Shown here one piece after another: positions 47,920-60,284 of a DNA stretch of 64,000 nt. The translations under genes and the position numbers were made by a program. The notes below the pieces were generated by a model. The model made no database searches and was not told the DNA's origin. It was given only the letters and a program-made list of their open reading frames with translations. The stretch's first letter is position 1. Each line of letters starts with the position of its first letter. The stretch comes from Mustelus asterias (taxonomy: Eukaryota): assembly GCF_964213995.1 (NCBI RefSeq), contig NC_135803.1, forward strand, positions 19,282,001 to 19,346,000, given 5' to 3'.

Positions 47920-48650
47920 AAGAAGTGGCTGTTGCGATAGTTGATGTGTTAGTTTTATTTTGCCAAAATTCCCTCGGTTTGGGGCAGGTTCCATCAGATT
48001 GGAAGATGGCAAATGTAACTTCTTTGTTCAAAAAGGGAGGGAGAAAGCTGGAAATTGCAGGCTAGTGGTGAATGTGCCATATTTGGATTTCCAGACTGCA
48101 TTTGGCAAGGTGCCACATGAAAGGCTATTGCGGAAAATAATAGCTCATGGTATAGAGGGTAACATATTGGCACAGATTGAAGATTGGCTAGCTGACAGAA
48201 ATCAGAGTTGGTATAATTTTTTTTTCTGGTTGGCAGAATGTAATGAATGGTGTGCCACTGGGGTCAGTGCTGGGTCTCAACTTTTTATCATTTATATAAA
48301 TAACTTGGATGAAGGGACTGAAGATATGGTTGCTAAATTGGCTGCCGAGACAAAAATAGGTAGGAAAATAAATTGTAAAGTGGAGGTAAGGAGGCTACAA
48401 AGGGATAGGTCAAGTGAGTGGACAAAAACCTGGCAAATGTAGTATACTGTGTGAAATTATCAATTTGGCAGGAAGAATAAAAATGTTTATTACCTAAATG
48501 GTGAGAGGTTGCAGAGCTTTGAGGTGCAGAGGGATCTGGGTGTCCTAGTGCATGAATCACAAAAGGCAAGTATACAGTAACAGCAAGAAATTAGGAAAGC
48601 TAATAGAATATTATTGTTTATTGTGAGGGGAATTGACTACAAGAGTAGGA
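47920..48650 (+). mobile_element. Degraded CR1 RT fragment
   Basis: YLDFQTAFGKVPHERLLRKI...IEDWL motif. Confidence 0.8.
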
Positions 48651-48689
48651 AGCCATAAAGTTGCATGGGCAAGGAAACCTCCTGCTGAG

Positions 48690-50335
48690 TACAAAGTACT
48701 GTTGCCCCCCCCCGCCCCCCAGCTGATGAATCAGTCCTCCCCAATTTTGAACACCACTTGGAGGAAGCATTTAGAGTGGCAAGGGTGCAGAGTGCACTCT
48801 GGGTGGGGAACTTCAGTGTCCAAGAGTGGCTCGGTAAACCACCACAGATCGAGCCGGCTGGGACCTTAAGGACGTAACTGCTAGAATGGGACTGCAGCAG
48901 GTAGTGAGGGAACCAACAAGAGGGGAAATCATACTTGACCTCGACCTCACCCTCACCAACCTGCCCGTTGCAGATGCATCGGTAGGAGTAACCACCACAC
49001 AGTCCTTGTGGAGACTAAGTTCCATCTTCACTATGAGGATATCCTCCATCATGTTGTGTTAAATAGAATAGATTTCTAGCAACTCAAGACCGGGCATTCA
49101 TGAGACTCTGTGGGCCATCATCAGCAAGAATTTTAACAACATTTGGTAGCAAATGGCATTTGCTATCAAATAAACCTGTTTGACTTTAACCTGGTGTTGT
49201 TAAAACTCTTACTGTGTTTACCCCAGTCCAACGTCGGCATCTCCACATCATGGCCATCATCAGCAGCAGAATTGCACTCAACCACAATCTGTAACCTCAT
49301 GTTCCAGCATATCCCCCACTCTACTATTGCCATTAAGCCAGGAGGTCAACCCTGGTTCAATGCAGAGTGCGGGAGGGCCTACCAGAAGCTAAACCAGGTT
49401 TATCTAAAAAATAAGGGGACAACCTGGTGAAGCCACAACACAGGGTACTTGCGTGCCAAAGAGCAGGTAATAGAGCTAAGCTATCCCACAACCAACGGCT
49501 CAGATCGAATATCTGCAGTCCTGCCACATTCAGCCGTGAATGGTGGTGGACAATTAAATAACTCACCACAGGAGGAGGTTCCGCAAATATTTCCATCCTC
49601 AATGAAGGTGGAGCCCAGCACATCAATGTGAAAGATCAGGGTGAAGCATTTGCAGGAATCTTCAGCCGGAAGTGCCGAGTGGATAATACATCTCGGCCTC
49701 CTCCGGAGGTCCCCAGTATCACAGATATCAGTTTTCAACCAGTTCAATTCACTCCACCTGATATCAAGAAATGGTTGGCGACACTGGATACTGCAAATGC
49801 AATGGGCCGTGATAATATTCCGGCAGTAGTACTTGTGCTCCAGAACTTGCTGTGCCCCTCGTCAAGTTGTTCCAGTACAGTTACAACACTGGCATCTAAC
49901 CGCAATGTGGAAAGTTGCCCAGGTATGTCCTGTAGACGAGAAACAGGACAAATCCAACCCGGCCAGTCACCACCCATTCAGCCTCTCAGTAAGGTGTTGA
50001 AAGTGGTCATCACAGTGCTATCAAGTGGCACTTAGTCAGCCGTAACCTGCTCACGGACGCTCAGTTTGGGTTTCGCCAGGGTCACTCAGCTGCTGACCTC
50101 ATAACAGCCTTAGTTCGAAGATGGACAAAAGAGCTGAACTCGAGGGGTGAGGTGAGAGTGACTGCCCTTGATGTCACGGTAGCATTTGACCGAGTATCCA
50201 CGACACAGACAGTGACCATCTCCAGCAAGACCTAGTCATTACCCCTTGACATTCAATGGTATTACCATCACTGCATCTCCCATGAGCAACATCCTGGTGT
50301 TACCACTGATCAGAAACTGAACTGAACTGGCCAGT
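48690..50335 (+). mobile_element. Degraded L2/CR1-group LINE (EN/RT region) with a PLE insert at ~49140-49250
   Basis: REPTRGEIILDL, KPGGQPWFNAEC and QFGFRQGHS remnants. The insert is flanked by a GGCCATCATCAGCA duplication. Confidence 0.75.
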
Positions 50336-50864
50336 AATTTTTAACCCAACCTGTTTGGTCAAAACTGACTGGTTTGGATGGAACACCCATTTTACATCTT
50401 TACGTTCCTTTTGTAAAGGAAATGTTTGGCTAAAATTGCCCCCAATCAGCTTGACAGTGTAAAATGACACTGAAATAGCAGAAGTGAAGATCCTATGTCA
50501 CAGATATTGCCCAATAACAGAAATGAGTAATAAATAGCTAAATTGTTAATTACTGCATCAATTAACAGGCTGGTGCCTTTGGAGGCAGATGGTGAAAGAG
50601 TCTCTCCCCCAGCCCCCCCCCCCCCCCCCCCCCCCCCACCCATTCACAATGCTCCTAAAGATCAGTAGTGAAAGTTAGAATTTCCTGATTAGCATTATCC
50701 ATATATCTTCAATGCTATTTCAGACTTTATTCATCGTCCCTGAAGAGTGCTCAAGACAGTTGGCATTATCTGTTAATGATATAAAGTGTAAGCAACCATT
50801 AAAGCCTTCAGACCCTATCCAGATAACTTGCTCTGCTGCCAACAATAGCCAACTTAACTTAACC

Positions 50865-50995
50865 ATGGTGGCACAGTGGTTAGCACTGCTGCCACACGGC
50901 ACCGGGGATCCGGGTTCAATTCCAGCCTTGGATGGCTGTGTAAAGTTTGCACGTTCTCCCCATGTCCGCATGGGTTTCCTCCAAGTGCTCTGGTT
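50865..50995 (+). mobile_element. V-SINE 5' fragment
   Basis: GGTGGCACAGTGGTTAGCACTGCTGCC head. Confidence 0.75.
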
Positions 50996-51144
50996 TGCTT
51001 CAAGTCGTTTCCTCTCTTTAAATCTGGAGCCTTCCTCTGCTACTCACTCGTGCCTTGATTTAACAGGACCTTTTCCAGATTCCTGTTCCTTTCCTTTGAC
51101 ATAACGTAGAAAAGGGCTTCTTGGGACCTTTCTCCTTTTCCTTT

Positions 51145-51725
51145 AGAACAAAGAAAAGTACAGCGTAGGAACAGACCCTTCGACTCTCCAAGTCCGTGCC
51201 AATCATGCTGCCCTAACTAAAAACCTTCTGTACTTACTCAGTCCATATCCCTCTATTTCCTCTCTATTCATGTACCCATCTAGATGCCCCTTAAAATGTT
51301 GCTAATGTACCTGCTTCCACCACCTCTTCTGGCAGGACGTTCCAGGCACCCACCACTCTCTGCGTGAAAAACTTCACCTGCACATCTCACTTAAACTTTC
51401 CCCTCTCACCTTGAACCTGTGTAATTGACCCTTGGAAAAGCCTCTGACTATCCACCCTGTCGATGCCTCTCATAATTTTGTAGACCTCTATCAGGTCTCC
51501 CCTCAGCCTCCGCCTTTCCAATGAAAATAATCCTAGTTTACTCAACCTCTCCTCATAGCCAACACCCTCAAGACCAGGCAACATCCCGGTGAACCTTCTT
51601 TGCATTGTCTCCAAAGCTTCCACATCCTTCTGATAGTGTGGTGACCAGAAGTGCACGCAATACTCCAAATGTGGCCTAACCAAGGTTTTATATAGCTGCA
51701 ACATGATTTGCCAACTCCTGTACTT
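51145..51725 (-). mobile_element. CR1 LINE 3' fragment
   Basis: LYKTLVRPHLEYCVHFWSPHYQKDVEAL motif on the minus strand. Confidence 0.9.
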
Positions 51726-52024
51726 TAGGACCTGCTCCCTGCAGTTCCCACTCCACTGCTGACAACTTGGTATCTCTATTGAGATGCTGAACTCTTTTAC
51801 TTTCACTGTTACTTTAATTCTACAGCGACTCATCTGAGATTTTTAGACTTATTTTTCTCAGCAATCTGCTGGTTGGTTCAGCACCGAGAAACGTAAACTT
51901 CACCTTAGAGCATAATCACCAACTGAACCAAAAACCACTGATCTATCTACATGGGACCTTCCTTCTCGACCTTTGTTGCTGGGCAATAGCAGTTTTTTCT
52001 CTTTTTTTCTCTGAACTTCCCTAA

Positions 52025-52282
52025 TGGTAGCACATTGGTTAGCGCTGCTGCTTCACAGCGCCAGGGACCCGGGTTTGATTCCCGGCTTGGGTCACTGTCT
52101 GTGCGGAGTTTGCACATTCTCCCCGTGCCTGCGTGGGTTTCCTCCCACATTCTGAAAGACGTGCTGGTTGGCTGCATTGATCCGAACAGGCGCCGGACTG
52201 TGGCCACTAGGGGAATTTCACAGTAACTTCATTGCAGTGTTAATGTAAACCATACTTGTGACTAATAAATAAACTTTAACTT
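52025..52282 (+). mobile_element. V-SINE with tail B
   Basis: Head followed by CCGAACAGGCGCCGG...TACTTGTGACTAATAAATAAACTTT. Confidence 0.83.
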
Positions 52283-52706
52283 TATTTTGAACTACTTCAA
52301 GGATCATAAAACCTCATTAAAATGAAAGTTGTACAAACAGCTCTAGACTTGTTGTCTCCACTCTAACATGAAGCTAGACCCAGGTTTCACCTTTTTAACC
52401 CACAGATAAAAAATACTAAATTAAACTTAAAACAATATCTTATTCCTAACACGCACAAACACAACTTAATTCTTCTGGGGTCTGTAACACAATTCGTATT
52501 CCAACATGGTTTATCTCTGCTTGTTTTGGGACAAAGTTGATCCTCATAGAAGTGTTTATTTCAACATTACATATTTATTTTAGTTATTGAGATAGATTTC
52601 ATGCATTATGTCCACCATACAAATGGTCATATTTTGCTACAGATGTGTGACAGTCATTGAGAAAAATGAAAGCACAGATTCTTCTGAGCACATGTGTGTA
52701 GACACT

Positions 52707-52840
52707 CGCCTGAAGAAGGGGCTTGGAGCTCCGAAAGCTTGTGCGGCTTTTGCTACCAAATAAACCTGTTGGACTCTAACCTGGTGTTGTTAAACTTCTT
52801 ACTGTGTTTACCCCAGTCCAACGCCGGCATCTCCACATCA
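52707..52840 (+). mobile_element. Short PLE insert beginning at a hammerhead motif
   Basis: CTGAAGA-A-GGGGC-TTGGA-GCTCC-GAAA-GC-TT-GTG ... GGCATCTCCACATCA. 10-bp TSD TGTAGACACT. Confidence 0.8.
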
Positions 52841-52950
52841 TGTAGACACTTAACACAGACTCCAGCGGTAGTCTTTTCTTTCAATATTGAACACTGAAAT
52901 TAATTCTAGCTGCTCAAAAATGTAGAAAAATTATCCTTTTTTCATTGCAG

Positions 52951-53106
52951 GGTGGAGGTTGCAAATTCCATCGATATAACTGTGCTGTCAGCTCCCCCAG
53001 GAAAGGCTGGAGTTTCATACACCCAGGAAGATTAACTCATCTCCACGAAGGGCTTCCGACTACAAATGGAACACGATACATTGCAGTGTCTTTTGTTGAT
53101 CCATAG
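52951..53106 (+). CDS. PLOD2: PLOD2 terminal coding exon 20 (156 nt including TAG)
   Basis: ttgcag|GGT GGA...CCA TAG. Translates [51 protein letters not shown], containing the distal His and the 2-oxoglutarate-binding Arg. Confidence 0.98.
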   Translation, partial: GGGCKFHRYNCAVSSPRKGWSFIHPGRLTHLHEGLPTTNGTRYIAVSFVDP

Positions 53107-53200
53107 AACTCTAATGTCTATGCACCCAAATGAACAGAAAGAAAGTATGACTAGAGGCTTGTCTTTTGAAACTTCCGACCTCCAATTCAAGATATAATGG

Positions 53201-53413
53201 GAACAGTAAGGCGTCTCACAGCATCAGGTTAAAGTCCAGCAGGTTTACCTGGAATCATGAGCTTTCAGAGAGCTGCTCCTTCATCAGGTGACTCACCTGA
53301 GGAAGGAGCAGTGTTCCGAAAGCTCGTGATTCCAGATAAACCTGTCGGACTTTAACCTGGTGTTGTGAGACTTCTTACTGAGCCCACCCCAGTCCAACGC
53401 CGGCATCTCCACA
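53201..53413. mobile_element. Palindromic PLE insert in the PLOD2 3'UTR
   Basis: Inverted arms centred on AGGTGACTCACCT. 14-bp TSD TCAAGATATAATGG at 53187 and 53414. Confidence 0.85.
53293..53329 (+). ncRNA. Minimal type I hammerhead motif, sense to PLOD2 mRNA
   Basis: TCAC-CTGAGGA-A-GGAGC-AGT-GTTCC-GAAA-GC-TC-GTGA. Stem II has one G.U pair. Predicted cleavage after C53325. Confidence 0.72.
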
Positions 53414-53493
53414 TCAAGATATAATGGTGTAGGAATTTGTCTCTGATGGAAACGCAAGGCGGCCCTTATCAGATCAGTCACTCATTATATACT

Positions 53494-53626
53494 GGGCGGG
53501 ATTCTCCAGCCGTTCACACCAGCGGGATTCTCAGGTCTCACTGCGGTGACTCGAGATTTTGCTGAGCGCCAAATCCTCCGTCCTCATTGGCAGCGGCGGG
53601 GCATGAACGGCCGGAGAATCCCGGCC
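53494..53626. mobile_element. Harbinger-like MITE
   Basis: TIRs GGGCGGGATTCTCC / GGAGAATCCCGGCC flanked by an ACT 3-bp duplication. Confidence 0.7.
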
Positions 53627-54261
53627 ACTGCATCTGATATGAAATTCCATTGAGCTTTAGAGGTGAATATGAGATGCTCTCTGAGTAACAAGTGGCTGAT
53701 CCAATATTGTGTTGTCATTTAAGATCAGTTTCCACCAATATTTTTGAAACAAATGCTTGAATTTCCTTCTGATGATCTAGAAATTAGTAATTTTTTTTTA
53801 AAAATCACATTTCTATTAAATTTGAATGACTATTTGCATTAAAGGCAAGTATCATTGAGAAGGCATACTTGGCAGGAATGTTCCATCATGTTGTTAAAGA
53901 ATCCACCTCTTGCTGTTGAGTAATCACTTGTGGAAGGGTTCCCAATGGAAGGAAGCCCATGTTGTACGAGTCTTATGTTACGCAAAGCGGTCTGCTGAAA
54001 AATACCATTTGTCTACAAACTGCATAGAAGTATTTTATACCATTTACATGCTAGCTTATATTACCTATGCTTGGAAATGACAAATACGACACGTAAAGGA
54101 TGCTCACAATGTTGACATATAAAACAGATCAACTCCACGCAATTCAGCAGCAACAGATAGGCTTCACACCACCATGATCAGAGGAACATGCTGACTTAAA
54201 TCAAATACCAACCTGCATAGGATATGAGACCTTAAGTAGAGAAAGCTGCTGAGTATGCAGA

Positions 54262-55050
54262 CAAAGAACAATACAGCACAGGGACCGGCCCTTTGGCCCA
54301 CCAAACCTGTGCCAATACGTGGCTTCTATCCCTCTGTTCGTCCACATTCATGTGTCTACCAAGCTACACCTTGAACATTGCCAACGTGCCTGCTTCCACC
54401 CCCTCCTCTGGCTGTGCGTTCCAGGCACCCACCAACCTCTGTGTGAAAAATGTTCCCTGTATGTCTCCCCTAAACTTCCCACCTCTCACCTTAAACCTGT
54501 GCCCTCTTGTGGCCAACCCTTCCACTCTGGGAGAAAGCCTCTGACTATCCATCCTCTCATAATTTTGTAGATTTCTATCAGGTCTCCCCTCAGCCTCCGT
54601 CTTTACAGTGAAAAAAAATCCACAAGTTTACCCAACCTCTCCATAGAATCCCTGCAGTGCAGAAAGAGGGCATTCAGCCCATCAAACCTGCACCAGCAGC
54701 AATCCCACCCATCCCTGTAACCCCATGTATTTACCCTGTGAATTTTCCTGATACTAAGGGGCAATTTACCATGGCCAATGCATCTAATCTGCACATCTTT
54801 GGACTGTGGGAGGAAACCGCAGCACCCGGAGGAAACCCGCACAGGCATGGGGAGAATGTGCAGACTTCGCACAGGCAGTGACCCGAGGCCGGAATTGAAC
54901 CCGGGTCCCTGGCACAGTGAGGCAGCAGTAATAACCACCGTGCCACTGTGCCATCCCTCATACGGCTCCTCATACCCAAAAACCTCCAGTCCAGGCAACA
55001 TCCTGGTAAACCTTCCTCTCCAAGGCTTCCACATCTTTCTGGTAGTGTGG
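54262..55050 (-). mobile_element. CR1 3' fragment with a nested HE1-like V-SINE (54642-54950)
   Basis: CR1 coding motifs on both sides of a full SINE. Confidence 0.85.
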
Positions 55051-55471
55051 AAGAGACGGGCGTCTTATACTTACGCTTCCTGACACAATTCTAGCTCCTT
55101 TAATCTGAGCTTCTCATATGACAGCCCACCTTGTTTTTTTTTGAAGAAAAGAATTTGCGTAGCAGTTTTGGTATCACCAAGCTCGAAGGGTTGTTTTTAA
55201 AGGATGGTCCTGTGTTACAAATATTGTCAAAGTTTTTCTTATGTATTGTTTTTTTTACCTCTATACACAACTCAAAATTGTACTGTTTGAAAAATTAAAT
55301 CTCTGGGCAGTTAATATTCTGCCACAATGTTAAACCAGTGATAAATATCCAGAACAGATTTGCTCAGTCAAGCTCAAATATTGACAACTGTGGCCACAGT
55401 ACAGTGTACTGTGCACAACCTGCCTTTTGGAGGGCAAAGTTAACTTATTCTGCCAAGCGGTTTTAATTTTA

Positions 55472-55477
55472 AATAAA
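55472..55477 (+). terminator. Candidate PLOD2 polyadenylation signal
   Basis: First AATAAA I found in non-repeat sequence after the stop codon, followed by GT-rich sequence. ATTAAA near 53815 is an alternative. Confidence 0.45.
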
Positions 55478-55769
55478 AATAATGTGTTGAAAAATGTCTG
55501 TGTCGCTCAATGTATTGAAGATATTCGAGCATTAGTTTGTTGTGTACTTGATTTTGTTCAATGCACTTATTGAGTTACCAGCCAAGAAGAGGTTACAGCT
55601 TTCACAAATTATCAATGTGCTGTGTTTAATTTAGAAGCCTATCGTGTCCTGGACCGACACTTACCATTGTGGCCTTAATCTGTCTGATTGATTTATTGAA
55701 ATAGAAGTTGCATTGGAAACTCTGTGGTTTTGCACACCGTTCTGTAATTCTTGCAATGGAGTTCAGTTT

Positions 55770-56955
55770 AGACCATAAGATATAGGAGCAGAATTAGGCC
55801 ATTTGGCCCATCGAATCTGCTTTGCCATTCAATCATGGCTGATATGATTCTCATTCCCATTCTCCTGCCTTCTCCCCATAACCCTTGATCCCCTTATTGA
55901 TCAAGAACTATCTATCTCTGTCTTAAAGACACTCAATGACTTAGTCTCCACGGCCCTCTGTGGCAATGAGTTCCACAGATTCACCACCCCCTGGCTGAAG
56001 AAATTCCTCCTCATCCCAGTTTTAAAGAAGCGTCCCTTCACTCTGAGTTCGTGCCCTCGAATTCTAGTCTCGCCCACTAGTGGAAACATCCTCTCCACGT
56101 TCACTCTATCTAGACCTCTCAGTATTCTGTAAGTTTCAATTAGATCCCCCCTCATCCTCCTAAACTCCATCGAGTATAGACCCAGACTCCTTAACCACTC
56201 CTCATGCAACAAGCTCTCCATTCCTGGGATCATTCTTGTGAACCTCCTCTGGACCCTCTCCAAGGCCAACACATCCTTCCTGAGGTCATAGAGTCATAGA
56301 GGTTTACAGCATGGAAACAGGCCCTTCAGCCCAACTTGTCCATGCCACCCTTTTTCTTCAAAAACCCCTAAGCTAATCCCAATTGCCCGCATTTGGCCCA
56401 TATCCCTCTATACCCATCGTACCCATGTAACTATCTCAATGCTTTTTAAAAGACAAAATTGTACCTGCCTCTACTACTACCTCTGGCAGCTTGTTCCAGA
56501 CACTCACCACCCTCTGTGTGAAAAAATTGCCCCTCTGGACACTTTTGTATCTCTCCCCTCTCAACTTAAATCTATGTCCTCGAGTTTCAGACTCCCCTAC
56601 CCTTGGGAAAAGATATTGACTATCTAGCTGATCTGTGCCCATCATTATTTTATAGACCTCTATAAAATTACCCCTCAGCCTCCTACGCTCCAGAGAAAAA
56701 AGTCCCAGTCTATCCAGCCTCTCCTGATAACTCAATCCATCAAGTCCCGGTAGCATCCTAGTAAATCTTTTCTGCACTCTTTCTAGTTTAATAATATCCT
56801 TTCTATAATAGGGTGACCAGAGCTGCACACAGCATTCCAATTGTGGCCGTACCAATGTCTTGTACAATTTCAACAAGACATTCCAACTCCTGTATTCAAT
56901 AAATGGGGTATGGGGCCCAAAACTGCTCACGATATTCCAAATGGGGTCTGACCTG
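55770..56955 (-). mobile_element. Two nested CR1 3' fragments (55770-56283 and 56285-56900)
   Basis: ORFs 55901-56272 and 56436-56930 each encode a CR1 RT C-terminus with its own tail. Confidence 0.9.
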
Positions 56956-57319
56956 ATTGATTGAAGTGATTATGGTTTTCCGAGCCAGACTGCTATTAAA
57001 ACCTTGAAGTCAGCTTGCATAAGCCAAAAATAAAGATTTACAATTGTGTGACACCTTTCATTACTGCCAGATATTTCAAAGCACTTTACAACCAAGTAAG
57101 TACTTTCAAATGTAATTGTTGTTGGAATAGAGGAAATATAGCAGGCAGTTTGCACAGAGCAAGCTCCCACAAACAGCAAGGTGATAATGGCCATAAAGTC
57201 CATTTTTGTGATGTTGAGTGAGGGACAATTATTGGCCTGGACACCAGGGATAACTCCCATTTTTCTACAAACTGGAACTTTTTTCCATACAGGCAGCTTA
57301 TTGATGTACGGCACATGCT

Positions 57320-57625
57320 GGGCGGCACGGTAGCACAGTGGTCAGCACTGCTGCCTCACAGCGCCAGGGACCTGGATTCAATTCCCGGCTTGGGTCACTG
57401 ACTGTGCGGAGTCTGCGCACTCTCCCCGTGTCTGCGTGAGTTTCCTCTGGGTGCTCTGGTTTCCTCCCACAGTCTGAAAGATGTGCTGGTTAGGTGCATC
57501 GACCATGCTAAGTTCTCCCTCAGTGTACCCGAACAGATGCTGGAGTGTGGCAACTAGCGGATTTTCACAGTAACTTCATTGCAGTGTTAATGTAAGCCTA
57601 CTATGACTCATAAATAAATAAACTA
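57320..57625 (+). mobile_element. V-SINE with tail B, full length
   Basis: GGGCGGCACGGTAGCACAGTGG head and a ...TAATAAATAAACT tail. Confidence 0.87.
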
Positions 57626-57789
57626 ATACATTAATTCTTGTGGTAAAATCTGATTCAGGTAACATTTTGCTTAAAGTTGCAATTTTAGAAAACACAACCT
57701 GAATATTAAATAAGGATTGACTACATTGCATCTCTGAATCATTGGAGAAATCCTGAAAGCGCTTGATGTTAAAGTCAATGGAAAGGTAT

Positions 57790-58390
57790 TTAAGAACAAA
57801 GAACAATGGGCCGAATGGCCTTACTTCCGCTCCTATGTCTTATGGTCTAACAATACAGCACAGGAACAGGCCCTTCGGCCCTCCAAGCCCGCGCCACTCC
57901 CTGGTCCAAACTAGACCATTCTTTTGTATCCCTCCATTCCCATTCCGTTCATGTGGCTATCTAGATAAGTCTTAAACGTTCCCAGTGTGTCCGCCTCCAC
58001 CACCCTGCCCGGCAACACATTCCAGGCCCTCACCACCCTCTGCAAAAAATACGTCCTTCTGATATCCGTGTTAAACCTCCCCCCCTCACTTTGAACCTAT
58101 GATCCCTCGTGAACGTCACCACCAACCTGGGAAAAAACTTCCCATCGTTCACCCTATCTATGCCTTTCATAATTTTATACACCTCTATTAGGTCACCCCT
58201 CATCCTCCATCTTTCCAGTGAGAACAACCCCAGTTTACCCAATCTCTCCTCATAACTAAGCCCTTCCATACCAGGCAACATCCTGGTAAACCTCCTCTGC
58301 ACTCTCTCTAAAGCCTCCACGTCCTTCGGTAGTGTGGCGACCAGAACTGGGCGGAGTATTCCAAATGCGGCCGAACCAACGTTCTATACA
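57790..58390 (-). mobile_element. CR1 LINE 3' fragment
   Basis: ORF 58030-58320 encodes the CR1 RT C-terminus. Confidence 0.9.
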
Positions 58391-58569
58391 ACCAATACTG
58401 GCCAATTTGATGCCAAGCATCAAACCCTGCTGAATGTGATAATACAGCCCATTTTCCTTTTCACAGAAAGATGCTGTTCCACGTGTTAAGCACAGAATCT
58501 TCAACAAATATTTTAATCAAATCTGCACAATAAATATCCATAGATCACCCTTCAAGATCGTCCACCCAT

Positions 58570-58883
58570 GGGCGGCACAGTGGTTAGCACTGCTGCCTCA
58601 CAGCGCCAGGAACCCAGGTTCGATTCCCGGCTTGGGTCACTGTCTGTGTGGAGTTCGCTCATTCTCCCCGTGTCTGTGTGGGTTTCCTCCGGGTGCTCTG
58701 GTTTCCTCCCACAGTCCAAAGATGTGCGGGTTAGGTGGATTGGCCATGCTGAATTGCCCCTTAGCATCAGGGGGACTAGCTGGGGTAAATGTATGGGATT
58801 ATGAGGAAAGGGCCTGGGTGGGATTGTGGTCAGTGCAGACTCGATGGGCCGAATGGCCTCCTTCTGCACTGTAGGATTCTATG
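58570..58883 (+). mobile_element. HE1-like V-SINE (tail A)
   Basis: Near-consensus copy on the forward strand. Confidence 0.9.
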
Positions 58884-59764
58884 AAGATGGAAACATGACT
58901 GCTGTGTTGGAGCAGGGCCAGTACGTGGAGGATCAGTTTGTGCATTGGTGCCGGTATCTATCTGTACGTGCGGTGCTTGTACACTGAAAAACAAGTACCA
59001 TCTGAAGATCAAACTTCTTTAAGGTTTGTTGATGGGACATTGTCCAAACTGGAATTTGTGTGTTTATATATAGGCCATTTCCAGCTTACGTAACTCCTGA
59101 GACCTCGTGATTTGACTGTGCGTGCATCAGTCCAGGTATTTCTGAAAGGGGCCCTTCAGACCAGTGAAAGAATCTTTGTTCCCAGACCTCTGTGTGTGCA
59201 TTCAGTAAGGTTGGGAACAGGCACAGTTTGTCCTTTGAATACAGACACAAACTCTCAGGCTTGTGCGAAAGTAATTTCAGTTTAATGTGTGAAAAATTCC
59301 GAAATAAAAGTCTCTGATAAAGTAGAGTGAAAGGCTGAAGGTCACATCTCTCTCTTCATTTGGCAAGCATTTCGCCAAGATCTCATTCTGACTGCAAGCT
59401 ATAAATTCTTGATTTCTGTCAATGTATAAACACTTACCTGGAAGCACGCGGAAAATTTGGGATCGGAGCTGTTTTTGTCGGAGCCACATCTGTTTTGAAT
59501 ACTGTTATAAAATTCTGATGGAGTTGAGGGAGGGTCAGTATAGATGCCTTTTGATAAGAGATTGACCTGAAATGTCAACTTCATTTCTTTCTCCATAGTT
59601 GCTGCCTGACCCACTGAGTATTTCCAGCATTTTCTATTTTCCTAATTCTCTGGTCTAAAGTACATGCAGTATCTGAACTGGTGGCTGCAGGTGTGGGGAA
59701 AAGGGACTGTGTTCCTGCTTCATCATTTTCCTGCTCCTTCACCTCCACCTCTTCCACCACTGCA

Positions 59765-60200
59765 TGACTCGGTTGAGGACTCTGGGTCTGTACTCGTTGG
59801 GAATTTAGAAAGATGAGGGGAGATCGTAACGAAACTTACAGGATACTGCAAGGCCTGGATAGAGTGGCCGTGGAGAGGATGTTTCCACTAGTAGGAAAAA
59901 CTCGAACCAGAGGGCACAACCTCAGGCTAAAGGGACGATCCTTTAAAACAGAGATGAGGAGGAATTTCTTCAGCCAGAGAGTGGTGAATCTGTGGAACTC
60001 TTTGCCGCAGAAAGCTGTGGAGGCCAGGTCATTGAGTGTCTTTAAGACAGAGATAGGTTCTTGATTGATAAGGGGATCAGGGTATATGGGGAAAAGGCAG
60101 GAGAATGGGGATGAGAAAAAAATCAGCCAAGATTGAATGGCAGAGCAGACTCGATGGGCCGAGTGGCCTAATTCTGCTCCTATGTCTTATGGTCTTATGG
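59765..60200 (+). mobile_element. CR1 LINE 3' fragment
   Basis: ORF 59813-60064 and a (TCTTATG)n tail. Confidence 0.9.
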
Positions 60201-60284
60201 ACTCGGCTACGGTTCTTGGGTATCTTAAAGGGTGTGGTGAGGGTAGGAGGGTGGGTGAAGGAGGAGGTACATGATTAAAGAACC

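Noticed and set aside
51730-52490. Minus-strand LTR remnant (begins TGTTACAG on the minus strand)
   Set aside because: The other terminus and a TSD are not identifiable.
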